From an uncultured Actinomycetes bacterium (lineage in GTDB: Bacteria; Actinomycetota; Thermoleophilia; RBG-16-64-13): DNA of 64,000 nt. Where the stretch lies: assembly GCA_963841735.1 (NCBI GenBank), contig CAWJDT010000001.1:384001-448000 (forward strand), read 5' to 3'. Position numbers and translations under genes: made by a program. Of the stretch, positions 29,678 through 39,272 are shown piece after piece. Below the pieces are notes generated by a model. The model was not told the origin of the DNA and made no database searches. It saw nothing but the letters and a program-made list of their open reading frames with translations. How positions within the stretch are numbered: position 1 is the first letter of the stretch; each line of letters begins with the position of its first letter.

Positions 29678-29689
29678 GTTAACGTTAAC
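29678..29689. promoter_or_regulatory. LacI-type operator candidate
   Basis: GTTAACGTTAAC palindrome upstream of the ABC operon. Confidence 0.5.
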
Positions 29690-29778
29690 ATCGTGGCATA
29701 CTCTGGACGTAACCGCAAGCCGCCACGTGTTCTGACGTGAGCCTGCCAGCCTACTTTGGGCTGCGTACAGGGCGCTTC

Positions 29779-32355
29779 TCAAGTGACCTCGATCTCCGCG
29801 GATAGGCGGAGGTCGCGCGAGGAGCGACCGACATGGGCCACATACTTGCCCGGCTCCACCCGCCAGCCACCGCACGTCCAGTGCCGGAAGCTCGTAGCCG
29901 GCACGGTCACGGGCACTGCCACTTCCTCACCGGGAGCGACGCTTGCCATTGCGAACCCTGCCAGCCACCTCAGTGGCCTCTCGACCTCGCTCTCAGGCTT
30001 TGACAAGTAGACCTGCACCGTCTCGCGTCCCGTTCGTACGCCCGTGTTCCGCACGCGCACCACAATGACACTCTCCCCAGCACCGGCGCCTTCGCAAACC
30101 GGCGCATCCACCGGCGCGTCGACTGCCACGTAATCCCAGGTGGTGTAGCCCAGACCGTGGCCGAACTCATACTGGGCCGCGCGGCCTCCACGGTCATAGC
30201 CGCGATAGCCCACGAAGAGGCCTTCACTATAGAGAAGCGTGCCGTCGACCGGCTTTACCGGAGCCACGCCGCATTCGTCGCGCGGCCAAGTCATGGGGAG
30301 CCGGCCCCCCGGTTCTTGCTCACCAAACAAGACGTCGGCCAAGGCGTTGCCGAGCTCCTGTCCGGGGAGCCACGCAAGCAGGATCGCGGGGACCTCCTCG
30401 GCCCACGGAAGGATCACCGGACCGGCGGCGTTCAGCACCACGATGGTGCGCGGATTCGCCTCTACTACCCGTCTGACCAGCTCATCTTGACGGCCGGGTA
30501 ACCCGAGACTCGGGCGATCGATCCCCTCTGCGTCGGCGTTGGAGTCATTGCCCAGCACCACGATCGCCGCATCTGCAGCTCTGGCGAAGGCGACGGCCTT
30601 TTCCAGCTCCTCCTCCTCGTCCCCGAAGGGGGTTGCCAACCTGATCTGGAACATAGAGAGAGGGCTGCCCGGCCTGAACGTGCCGACCTCGTGCGTGATC
30701 TCGATGTCGACACCCTGGCCCTGGTCCAACTCGACGCTGCACATACGCTGGGGCGGAAACGTAAAGCCTTCGGTGATATCGGCGCCGGGACGCAGCTTGT
30801 GATGCACCTCAAAGGCCTGCTGGCCATCAAGGCCAAACCGGTAGTGCCCGACTCCCGAGATCCCAACCGAGTGCGTCCCCGACTCCTGCGCCACTATCCG
30901 GCCGGTCACCCTCACCCAGGCGATGGCAGCCGTGTCCACTCCAGTTGCGAAATGCACCGTCCAGGCGAACTCCCCTGTGTTCCTCCGCTCACTCGCCAGC
31001 ACCACGCCGTCCCCGTCGAGGAAGTCGACCCTTACCCCTTCACCATCGTCGTCGGCCTGTCGCAGCCACGGGGCCCGGGCTATCGCGTGCCATTTGAAGG
31101 GCCGTACGCCCTCTGCGAACAGCAACCGCACTCCATCGCTCAGGGCCCCGGATATGCCTTCCAGAGGCGAGACGACGTGCACCGGGTAGACCTTGGCGCT
31201 TCCGCCGCCGTTGGCGCGGCCCTCTTGGCAGTTGGGGCCGATGACCGCGATAGACGACAATGCCTTCCTGTCAAGCGGCAACAGCTGTTCGGTGTTCCGG
31301 GCCAGGACGAAGCTCGCTGCCGCGGCAGCCCGCAGATCGCGGGCCTCACCGGCCTTGTCGCGTAGCGGAGCCGGTGCTTTGCCCGGAAACCCCTCCAGTG
31401 CACCGCAGCGGTAGGCCAGCCGCAGCAACCGGACGATCTTGTCGTCCAGAGTGGCTTCTGCCAACTCTCCCCGCCCCACTGCCTCTTTCAGCAGCTCGTT
31501 CCACGGCCCCCTGGGTCCGCCCTTGGGCCAAGGCATCGCGATGTCGAGCCCACCCGCGGCAGCAGCCACGGTGGGCGGCGTCGCCAAGAAGTCCGACATC
31601 ACCAGGCCGTCAAAGCCCCATTCTTCCTTGAGCACATCGCGCAGCGTGTGGCTTTCGCTCATGGACTCGCCGTTCACCAAGTTGTACGACGACATGACCA
31701 GCCAAGGCTCCGCCTCGCGGACGATGATCTCGAACGGAGTCATATAGACCTCGCGCATGGTCCGCTCGTCAACCACGACGTCGGCGGTCATACGCTCTGT
31801 CTCACTGTCGTTGGCGACGAAGTGCTTGACGGTGGCGGCAACGCCCGTCTTTTGCAGACCCCGTACGTAGCCGGCCCCCAGGCGACCGGTCAGCAGCGGG
31901 TCTTCACTGAAGTACTCAAAATGCCGGCCCGCGTATAGGCTGCGCTGTAGGTTGACGCACGGCGCAAGTGAGATGTCCACGCCCTTTTCGCGGGCATCAT
32001 GGCCCATGATGGCGCCCATGCGCTCCACCATGTCTTCATCCCACGTAGCACCGAGAGCCGAGGAACAGGGGATGTTCTGCGAAGGATCGCGCTCATCCCA
32101 ATGCCTGCCCCGCACACCGGACGGGCCGTCCGACACAACAAGCTCTTTGAGTCCGATCTTGGCTAGAGAACGCAGCCGAGAGAAATCGGGAGCCGTCAGC
32201 AGCTGTATCTTCTCCTCGAGCGTGAGCGAGGCCACGCGTTCGGCGATGGCAGATGCCAGCTCCTGATCCGGCTCGCCCGCTCCCACGCCCCCGGGGAGGA
32301 CACTTCGCACACCGCCCAAGCTATCTCCTTCTCCGGCCCGCGCCTTTGCCGTCAA
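29779..32355 (-). CDS. GH3 beta-glucosidase with PA14 and Fn3-like domains
   Basis: SDGPSGVRG, EYFSEDP, KHFVAND, VMSD nucleophile, PGGRLPMTWP, FGHGLGYT. Confidence 0.94.
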   Translation of the reverse strand: MTAKARAGEGDSLGGVRSVLPGGVGAGEPDQELASAIAERVASLTLEEKIQLLTAPDFSRLRSLAKIGLKELVVSDGPSGVRGRHWDERDPSQNIPCSSALGATWDEDMVERMGAIMGHDAREKGVDISLAPCVNLQRSLYAGRHFEYFSEDPLLTGRLGAGYVRGLQKTGVAATVKHFVANDSETERMTADVVVDERTMREVYMTPFEIIVREAEPWLVMSSYNLVNGESMSESHTLRDVLKEEWGFDGLVMSDFLATPPTVAAAAGGLDIAMPWPKGGPRGPWNELLKEAVGRGELAEATLDDKIVRLLRLAYRCGALEGFPGKAPAPLRDKAGEARDLRAAAAASFVLARNTEQLLPLDRKALSSIAVIGPNCQEGRANGGGSAKVYPVHVVSPLEGISGALSDGVRLLFAEGVRPFKWHAIARAPWLRQADDDGEGVRVDFLDGDGVVLASERRNTGEFAWTVHFATGVDTAAIAWVRVTGRIVAQESGTHSVGISGVGHYRFGLDGQQAFEVHHKLRPGADITEGFTFPPQRMCSVELDQGQGVDIEITHEVGTFRPGSPLSMFQIRLATPFGDEEEELEKAVAFARAADAAIVVLGNDSNADAEGIDRPSLGLPGRQDELVRRVVEANPRTIVVLNAAGPVILPWAEEVPAILLAWLPGQELGNALADVLFGEQEPGGRLPMTWPRDECGVAPVKPVDGTLLYSEGLFVGYRGYDRGGRAAQYEFGHGLGYTTWDYVAVDAPVDAPVCEGAGAGESVIVVRVRNTGVRTGRETVQVYLSKPESEVERPLRWLAGFAMASVAPGEEVAVPVTVPATSFRHWTCGGWRVEPGKYVAHVGRSSRDLRLSAEIEVT

Positions 32356-32391
32356 ACTTCGAACCGACCTATTTGTATGCCGGCCGCACTA

Positions 32392-32412
32392 TTTGTTGCA
32401 CGATACAACAAA
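32392..32412. promoter_or_regulatory. ROK-family operator candidate
   Basis: TTTGTTG-N7-CAACAAA between ROK gene and GH3 gene. Confidence 0.65.
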
Positions 32413-32469
32413 AGGGCCGACGCATCAAGGCACAGGCCCCTCAGTCTGTAAGAACAATCTACAAATGGA

Positions 32470-33741
32470 CTACCCGTGAGGGAGCGCGCGCCGCCCGCCA
32501 AGGGCTCGACTCTCCACAAACGGGACGAGGAAGGGATCAGCACACACAGCCCGCAATGCCAGCGAAGCTGCGCCTCGAACGGCCGCATATGCCCCCAGTT
32601 GGGAGCCGACGACGTCGACGTGGGAGTGTCCCGTCAAGAAGGCCCGTCTCTCCAGCTCGGCGCGAAGCGGACCGCTCAACCACGGCAAGAGCGGGGAGTA
32701 GATTCCACCGAGAACGACTGTGTTGGGGGCGAACAGGTTCACAACTGTCGCGCAGGCAAGACCGAGTGCAGTACCCGCGTCCTCCAGAGCCGACAAAGTC
32801 GCCGCATCGCCCCTCCGTGCACTCTGGACGAGCATCGACATTCCTCCGTCCGGCAGCGCGACGCTGGTACCGATGACAGTTTCGACCCCAGCCGCCCTCA
32901 ACAGGGCCTCCTGACCGACCTTCTGCTCAAGACAACCGCGCGATCCACAAGAACAAGGAGGTCCATTAGGATCGACGGTGATGTGGCCGATCTCTCCCCC
33001 AAGCCCGCTACCGGAGCGCAACAACTCACCATCTACCACCAAGGCGCCACCGACGCCTATCTCGCCAGAAATGCGGACGAAATCTCCCCAGGCTTGTCCT
33101 TGGCCATGTGAGAGCTCGGCCAGGGCGGCAAGGTTAGCCTCGTTCTCCACGGTGACGTAGTGCTGAGGACGTCCAAGACGGCGTCCTACCTCCTCCGCAA
33201 GTGAAAGGGGACCCCAGCCAAGATTCGGCGCCGTCAGCAGCAGCCCGCTGGCGGTGTCCACGAGCCCGGGAACGGCGAGCGTAGTCCCTACGGCGATGAG
33301 GCCCTCGCCTTCGACACTGTCCAGCGCCCGACGGCCCAGGTCTGCGAGCGCGTCGAGAACCGCGTCTACCGGGACCTTGCGGTTGTCGTGCCGAAGAAAC
33401 TGCTCGTAACGAACGTTGCCGGTGAGATCGAGCACGCAGGCGGCGAGGTAGTCCACATTGATCTCCAAACCGAGCGCCACCACGGTGGTGTCGGAGACCG
33501 CGACCAGGCGTCCCGGCCTTCCCACGGTGCCCGGCCTCTCCAGGTCGCGCTCCAGGAGCAGCCCACGAGCTATGAGCTCGCCGACGAGACTCGACACTGT
33601 CGACCTGGTGAGTCCAACCGCTTCAGAGAGGCCGGCTCGCGAGCGCGGGCCGTTGTCCATCGCCTCCCGCAGCACAAGAGCAAGGTTCTGCCGGCGGATG
33701 CTCCGCTGTCCCGCCCGCCCTGGCTCCGCAGAGTGCGTCAT
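32470..33741 (-). CDS. ROK-family transcriptional regulator
   Basis: N-terminal HTH, ENEANLAALAE, GEIGH..V...G..CSCGSRGCLE. Confidence 0.93.
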   Translation of the reverse strand: MTHSAEPGRAGQRSIRRQNLALVLREAMDNGPRSRAGLSEAVGLTRSTVSSLVGELIARGLLLERDLERPGTVGRPGRLVAVSDTTVVALGLEINVDYLAACVLDLTGNVRYEQFLRHDNRKVPVDAVLDALADLGRRALDSVEGEGLIAVGTTLAVPGLVDTASGLLLTAPNLGWGPLSLAEEVGRRLGRPQHYVTVENEANLAALAELSHGQGQAWGDFVRISGEIGVGGALVVDGELLRSGSGLGGEIGHITVDPNGPPCSCGSRGCLEQKVGQEALLRAAGVETVIGTSVALPDGGMSMLVQSARRGDAATLSALEDAGTALGLACATVVNLFAPNTVVLGGIYSPLLPWLSGPLRAELERRAFLTGHSHVDVVGSQLGAYAAVRGAASLALRAVCADPFLVPFVESRALGGRRALPHG

Positions 33742-33880
33742 GGCGATAACCACCACCCCATCCTTGTCCACTCGGGCCACCTGCCCGATGCCCGCCACAA
33801 TATCCTAATCGCGGCGCCGCGCACAGCGTTTATCGCGACCGTGAACATCGTGGCCGCGAACGGAGGGAGGCTGCGAATCT

Positions 33881-33955
33881 CTCTTCAAATTCTGGCGCTG
33901 TTTGGACGAAACACTACGGGCACGCAGGCGGTGAGTCTTGGCGCGGGGAGCCAGC
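33881..33955 (+). repeat. L-motif copy 3 (left edge of hotspot)
   Basis: CTTCAAATTCTGGCGCTGTTTGGACG...GTGAGTCT. Confidence 0.8.
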
Positions 33956-34043
33956 TAGACCTCCCGGCCAGGCATGCCGGGACGCCAGCCTAGAACCTAA
34001 GATGCACTGAGGTGCGGAACCGAAGTCGTACGGTTTCCTGATC

Positions 34044-34145
34044 ATGAAAGTACGTGACGTGATCAGACTGCTTCTCGACGACTGATGGTTCATGGTCGCC
34101 CAATCCGGAGGCCACCGAACAAGCCGGAATCGAGGTGGAGCGGCG
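34044..34145 (+). pseudogene. hicA: HicA toxin remnant
   Basis: MKVRDVIRLL..*WF.V.QSG.HR, homologous to 51851; stop and deletion. Confidence 0.75.
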
Positions 34146-34376
34146 ATGAGAACCTTCGTGCTCGTCATAGAAGATGCGGGCAAGAATTACTCCGCTTACG
34201 CTCCGGAAGTGCCGGGTTACGTGGCCACAGGCTCATCGGAGAAAGAGGCCGAGGCGAACATGCGCACCGCGCTCGAGCTACACCTCAAGGGCATGCAGGG
34301 AGATGGCCTCCGGGTCGAGTCTCGTGACGTATTCGTGCGGCGAATACGGGTCGGTTCCGCCCGGCGAGCTTCGTAG
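34146..34376 (+). CDS. hicB: HicB-family antitoxin
   Basis: IEDAGKNYSAYAPEVPGYVATG. Confidence 0.85.
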   Translation: MRTFVLVIEDAGKNYSAYAPEVPGYVATGSSEKEAEANMRTALELHLKGMQGDGLRVESRDVFVRRIRVGSARRAS

Positions 34377-34853
34377 TCGGTCCGCTGTGTCAGCGACCCG
34401 ACTTGTTCCAGGGGGCCGCAGCGACAAGCCCAGCGTGCCAGGATAGCGGCTCCCTAGAGGACGCCCGCCCCGTACAAGGCGATGAAGACCACCGCGACCG
34501 CCAACAGCGCTAGGCCCCCCTTGAAGCCCGGCGTGCTGTCGCGCAGCCCCAGCCACCGCCACTTCCATATGGCCTCGCGCTGCCTCTTGCGCAGCTGCTC
34601 CCGCCGCTCACTCACCTGACGACTCCTTGCCGAAGGGCACTAGCCTACTCGTCGGCGCGTGGTGCCCGCGGCTTTAGCGAGGCGGCGCCGGCCGCCGACG
34701 TTCCGCGAGCTTCTGGTCGTCGACGGATCGTCGTTGGCGCTGCTCCGTGTGATCCCGAACCTGCCCTCGACGAGTTCAGCGGGGCCCTCGAGGGAGACGA
34801 TGCTCATTTGCACCGCCGTGTCGATGGACAACTTGGGCATGGGCAGTGGGCGC

Positions 34854-35216
34854 TCACGCTGGGGCGAGCAGGTCGGCCAGCAGTTCACGCGCCTCGTCAG
34901 CGTCGCCGGCGGCGACCTGCAGCTTGGCGGGACCGGTGATGAGGTTGAAACCGGTCCCGAAGCAACCGGCGCCGAAGAGATCCTGGATGCCCTCGCCTTG
35001 CACCATGAAGGGTATCTCGGCGGACTGGAGGAGCGACTTGGCGATGGCCATCAGGCCGGGGTCGCCGGTGGCCAGAACGGTCACGAGCGGAGCAGGCAGC
35101 CCGGACCGGCGCCCCAACTTAGGCTCAGGCGGCAGCTGTTCGACCAGGGGCACCATACAGTCGGAACAGCGCGTGCAACCGGGGACGTACTCAGCACGGC
35201 ACTTGGGACAGTACAT
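34854..35216 (-). CDS. Zinc-ribbon + DUF2007-like protein
   Basis: MYCPKCRAEY...CSDC; IAKSLLQSAEIP; LQVAAGDADEARELL. Confidence 0.8.
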   Translation of the reverse strand: MYCPKCRAEYVPGCTRCSDCMVPLVEQLPPEPKLGRRSGLPAPLVTVLATGDPGLMAIAKSLLQSAEIPFMVQGEGIQDLFGAGCFGTGFNLITGPAKLQVAAGDADEARELLADLLAPA

Positions 35217-35242
35217 TTTAAACGCCTCGCTCAGCGCCGCGG

Positions 35243-36052
35243 CTATTCACCGGCGGTGCCTATGCGTTTGTTGGAGCTTCTTCGCGCCTCCGCGTCGTCA
35301 CGCGTTACGGTTACCCCCTCGTAGGCGATGAAATCGTCAAAGTCGACCTTGACCCTGAAGCGATCTTTGAGATACCTGCGTTCCTTGGGAACGATCGCGA
35401 CGAGCACTTCGTGTGTCTCCAGGTCGCCTTTTTGGAACGAACCGAACCAAACACGTGGTCTGCAAATCATGTTGACACTGTCGAGGCGCCTTTCAAACTG
35501 AAAGTGCCACTCGTTGTCCTTCTCTCCGATGTTTCTTTGAAAGACTGCGAGCTTGTTCCCACGAGAGACACTATCGCTAGAAACATGAACTGTGAGCGGA
35601 CAACCGAACAATGACCAGTACACCGGTTCTGGTGTCTCAATGACAATGCGAGCATTCTGCACTGGTTCAACATCAAAAGAGGCGAGCAACTCCCTAAGAC
35701 CCGTGTGGTAGTCGCTTCTGAAGTCGGCGTACCTTTTGCCGCGAAGAAAGGCGGGGATATCGCAGTCTTCCGCCAGAAGCGGCAGCACCATGGTGCTGCC
35801 GGACTCTATCTCGTCGTGGAACTTCGTACACCATTCACGCTGAACCCAGTTGGACCGTATGGCTTTCTTTGTCAGCCAAACCGCCACGAAATCGCAATGC
35901 TCGATCCCGTCCTGAAGCTTCTGAACGATGACATCTCCAAGACGGATCTCGTACTCATCAAGCCAAACGTCGATGCCATGGGCGCGCAGATCTGCGGCAA
36001 GGCGTCTGACGGAGTTCTTGTCCACACTCGAATGACTTAGGAAGATCTTCAT
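35243..36052 (-). CDS. TIR-domain protein
   Basis: IFLSHSS.DK, VWLDE.EI..GD, S.WVQRE, IP.FL..K.YADF; lower GC. Confidence 0.88.
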   Translation of the reverse strand: MKIFLSHSSVDKNSVRRLAADLRAHGIDVWLDEYEIRLGDVIVQKLQDGIEHCDFVAVWLTKKAIRSNWVQREWCTKFHDEIESGSTMVLPLLAEDCDIPAFLRGKRYADFRSDYHTGLRELLASFDVEPVQNARIVIETPEPVYWSLFGCPLTVHVSSDSVSRGNKLAVFQRNIGEKDNEWHFQFERRLDSVNMICRPRVWFGSFQKGDLETHEVLVAIVPKERRYLKDRFRVKVDFDDFIAYEGVTVTRDDAEARRSSNKRIGTAGE

Positions 36053-36370
36053 CTCTTGTGTCTAGTCACCGGAGCGAACTCATCGGGATGCTGCCGGGAG
36101 CACTCTTCGAAAGTGCCGATGAGGGCCGGCACGCCGTCGCCCGGAGTGTAGGGCTGCCTGCCCATGAGACGATCGAAGAAACCCATATCTCCCCCTTGCC
36201 GTATTCCGACTATCCGACCTGGTGATCGGCCTCACCAACCGGTGGTGGCGTCTCTTTGTAGCACGAATCGCGGACTACTCGCCGGCCCGCACTTCTTGCG
36301 ACGAGACTCTCGAACAGGCTGGGTGAGGCCGCCTTCACCCGTGCGGTCGACGTAGGGGGAGGTCACGTGT

Positions 36371-36440
36371 CTCTTTTCAAGATCTGGTGCTGTCTGGACT
36401 GGGTGGTGCGGGGGCCGGCGTCGGAGTCTCGGCGCGGGGG
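36371..36440 (+). repeat. L-motif copy 4
   Basis: CTTTTCAAGATCTGGTGCTGTCTGGAC...GGAGTCT. Confidence 0.8.
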
Positions 36441-36599
36441 CTGACTACGCCTGAAGGGTGGCCGCGAAGGCAGCTGGGGTCGCTACTTCGCACCAGGGTC
36501 GGACCGCCTCAGCGAGTCACCTGTCACCGCTGATCAGCACGCAGCGCCGCGTCAAAGGTCAGCCTCGGCCGCCGGCACAATGCGGCGCTGCGGAACCCA

Positions 36600-38030
36600 T
36601 CATCGGCCGCCGGCAGGAACTTCTGCGGTGGGATTGTAGGCCCACGTGTCGTTGATACAGGTCCAATACTGGCCGTTGTCGTAGTCTCCTCCGAACATGA
36701 TCACCCGTCCGGAGGATGCGGCGTAGATCATCGCTTGGCCCTTGCGACGGGGCGGCAGTGCCCCTGGCGGGTCGAGGTCGGTCCAGGCGTTGGCGGCCGG
36801 GTCGTAGGCCCAGGTGTCGTTGAGCATGCCGGCGAGAACGTCGTCGCGATCTCCCCATCCCCCAAAAACGATCACCCGCTTGGTGGAGGAGTCGTAGACC
36901 ATCGAATGGCTGCGGCGCCCGGCCGACGGTGCCTCCAGCGGCTCGAGGTCGGTCCAAGCGTTGGCGGTCGGGTCGTAGGCCCAGGTGTCGTTGAGAAGGG
37001 CGCCGGTACCGGCCTCTCCTCCGTACATGATCACTCGACCGGAGCGGGGGTCGTAGACCATCGCCTGCTGCCAACGGGCAGAGGGAACGGCGCCAACGGG
37101 GTCGAGGTCGGTCCATTTGTTGGCGGTCGGATCGTACGCCCAGGTGTCGTTGAGGCAGCCGCTTTCGTCGGAGCCTCCGAACATGATCACCTGGCCCGTG
37201 GAAGGGTCGTAGACCATCGACTGGCACCAGCGCGCGGAGGGAACTGCGCCAACAGGGTCGAGGTCGGTCCATTTGTTGGCTGTGGGGTCGTACGCCCAGA
37301 TGTCGTTGAGAAGTTCGCCGGTACCATCGAGGAGGGTGCCGGTAGTGTCCTCTCCTGCAAATACGATCACCCAGCCGGCGGAAGGGTCGTAGACCATCGA
37401 TTGGCACCTGCGCGCAGCCGGGGCGGCACCGGCGGGATCGAGGTCGGTCCAGGTGTTGGTGGCTGGGTCGTAGGCCCAGGTATCGTTGAGGTAGTCGGAT
37501 CCGCCGGACCCTCCGAACATGATCGCGCGGCCGGTGGAAGAGTCGTAGACCATCGAATGAGAGGCGCGCGCGAGCGGCAGCTCCACCGATGGGTCCTCGG
37601 ACGGGTTCAGCACCCGCGAGTTGAGTTTGGTCCACGTGTTTGCGACCGCCGGTGGGATGGTAGTGGTAGTCGCGCCGGTCGTAGTGGTCTTCGCAAGGCC
37701 GGTCGAACCGTCTCCCCGCAAGAAGCCGAAGTACACACCAAGTACAGCGCCGACCAGTATCAGCGCAGCTAGAGGAACAATCCAGAAGAGGTGGCGGCGA
37801 CCAGGATGGGCAACGTGTGCGGAGACCGCCGCCGGAAGAAGCCCGGAAATCTGGGCGGCAGGAAGCCAATCGGGAAGCGCCGGGTTCCACACCAAGTCGC
37901 TGGGCGTCAGCGTTCCGGCCTGTGCCACCAAGGAGAGTTGCTCCCACGTGACCGGACCGGTCTGGTGCCGAGAGGAAGTGTCCCCCTTGAGGTAGTACCA
38001 ATCTGAGGCCGTCAAGTCCGCGTTCGTCAC
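36600..38030 (-). CDS. Membrane-anchored Kelch-repeat protein with N-terminal GYF_2 (DUF4339) domain
   Basis: WYY...GP......L....LVW...L.DW; TM helix; six MVYD..VIMFGG..LNDTWAYDP repeats. Confidence 0.85.
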   Translation of the reverse strand: MTNADLTASDWYYLKGDTSSRHQTGPVTWEQLSLVAQAGTLTPSDLVWNPALPDWLPAAQISGLLPAAVSAHVAHPGRRHLFWIVPLAALILVGAVLGVYFGFLRGDGSTGLAKTTTTGATTTTIPPAVANTWTKLNSRVLNPSEDPSVELPLARASHSMVYDSSTGRAIMFGGSGGSDYLNDTWAYDPATNTWTDLDPAGAAPAARRCQSMVYDPSAGWVIVFAGEDTTGTLLDGTGELLNDIWAYDPTANKWTDLDPVGAVPSARWCQSMVYDPSTGQVIMFGGSDESGCLNDTWAYDPTANKWTDLDPVGAVPSARWQQAMVYDPRSGRVIMYGGEAGTGALLNDTWAYDPTANAWTDLEPLEAPSAGRRSHSMVYDSSTKRVIVFGGWGDRDDVLAGMLNDTWAYDPAANAWTDLDPPGALPPRRKGQAMIYAASSGRVIMFGGDYDNGQYWTCINDTWAYNPTAEVPAGGR

Positions 38031-38135
38031 AGGTCCCCCCTGATGCTGGGCCCGACACTCCACCCAGTATATCCGGGTCTAGTCGACCCTGCCGGTTCGA
38101 CCAGCCAAGCTGGCGATCGACGGGCTGGAGCGGCG

Positions 38136-38210
38136 ATGAGACCCTTTGCGATTCCCATAGAAGACGCGGGCAAGAACTACTCCGCCTACGCTCCAGAAGT
38201 GCCGGGTTGC
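38136..38210 (+). pseudogene. HicB N-terminal fragment
   Basis: IEDAGKNYSAYAPEVPG, near-identical DNA to 34146. Confidence 0.7.
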
Positions 38211-38281
38211 GGGAGGCGCGGGGTGCGAGTCTTGGCTCAGGGTCGGCCGGGCCTCATGCCCCGCTGCTATACCCCCTATGC

Positions 38282-38698
38282 TCAGGCGCGGCCAGCACGG
38301 ACCTTGGCGGTCTCTTCAAGGGCGAGAGCCATGGCCTCATCCTCGCTGAGCCCCGAGTCGACCCCGGCTCGTGCCAAGATCTCCTGCGCGCTGCCGATGA
38401 CACGCCCTATGTCGGCGCTGGTCGCCCCCAGGGCAAGCAGGGACCGCACCATCAGGTCCAACGATACCGACAGATCCGCGGCTTCCATCTTCGCCACCCG
38501 CGATTGGCTGGACCCCAGATGCTCCGCGAGCGCCGTCTGGGTCCAGCCCCGGGCTTGTCGAAGCTCCCGAAGCCGCTTGGCCAGGCCCAACCTGATCTCG
38601 ATGAAGGCGGCCTCTTCCGGTGTTAGACCGAGAAAGTCGGCGGCGTCACCGACCCACCAACCGGCGGCTTCGAGTTCCCTCCTTCTGCTCTCTTGCAT
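38282..38698 (-). CDS. XRE-family HTH antitoxin (C-terminus apparently chimeric)
   Basis: LEAAGWWVGDAADFLGL...TQTALA..LGSSQSRVAKME; toxin remnant upstream (38700-38790). Confidence 0.75.
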   Translation of the reverse strand: MQESRRRELEAAGWWVGDAADFLGLTPEEAAFIEIRLGLAKRLRELRQARGWTQTALAEHLGSSQSRVAKMEAADLSVSLDLMVRSLLALGATSADIGRVIGSAQEILARAGVDSGLSEDEAMALALEETAKVRAGRA

Positions 38699-38842
38699 CA
38701 GCTTCTCCCTATCGAGCCCAGCAGACGATCGTAGCTGCCGAGCCGCCTCTTGCAGGCCTCGATGACCGACGTGGGCGTGGCCCTAGTAGTCCTGCAACCA
38801 CACGAGTGGCTTGTCTGGGCGCGATTCAGACATAACCAGTCT

Positions 38843-38858
38843 ATGTCAGATATGACAT
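38843..38858. promoter_or_regulatory. Palindromic TA operator candidate
   Basis: ATGTCA-GATA-TGACAT. Confidence 0.55.
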
Positions 38859-39004
38859 GGGAGCAACCTCGTAGCAGGGGAGCTGTGCGAGCCGTGCCGC
38901 GGCAGATTGTGCCGAAGAAGTCGGGAAAGAGGTCTAGGCCTTCAGGCTGAGTCTGGCGAGGCCACCTTCACCTGCTGCCGTCCACATGGGGGGTGGTCAT
39001 GTGA

Positions 39005-39110
39005 CTCTTTTCAAGATCTTGTGCTGTTGGGACGGTGTTGTGCGGGCCCACGGGATGTGAGCCTGAGCCCGGGATCCAGCCACCTTTCGACCGGCGGCGC
39101 TACTGCGCCC
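39005..39110 (+). repeat. L-motif copy 5
   Basis: CTTTTCAAGATCTTGTGCTGTTGGGACGG; extension CCAGCCACCTTTCGACCGGCG shared with copy 10. Confidence 0.85.
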
Positions 39111-39180
39111 CATCACCCCGTGGCTGGCCATACTCCAACCAAAGACGGAGCCGGCGACAATGGGAGTCCAGTACTTTTAC

Positions 39181-39262
39181 TTCCCAGATAGCCTTGGACT
39201 AGATTCCCAAATAGCCGGAGTGGCTTTTCCCAATTAGCCGGGGTACAATTTCCCAGTCAGCC
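39181..39262 (+). repeat. Four TTCCCANNNAGCC direct repeats with 23-bp period
   Basis: Starts at 39181, 39204, 39227, 39250. Confidence 0.85.
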
Positions 39263-39272
39263 GACCAAGGGA

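Noticed and set aside
36640-37560. Regularly spaced DNA repeats resembling a CRISPR array
   Set aside because: They are in-frame Kelch coding repeats; no cas genes or unique spacers
38282-38400. Novel two-domain antitoxin
   Set aside because: The C-terminal part looks like a deletion-generated fusion with another antitoxin fragment in an eroded region
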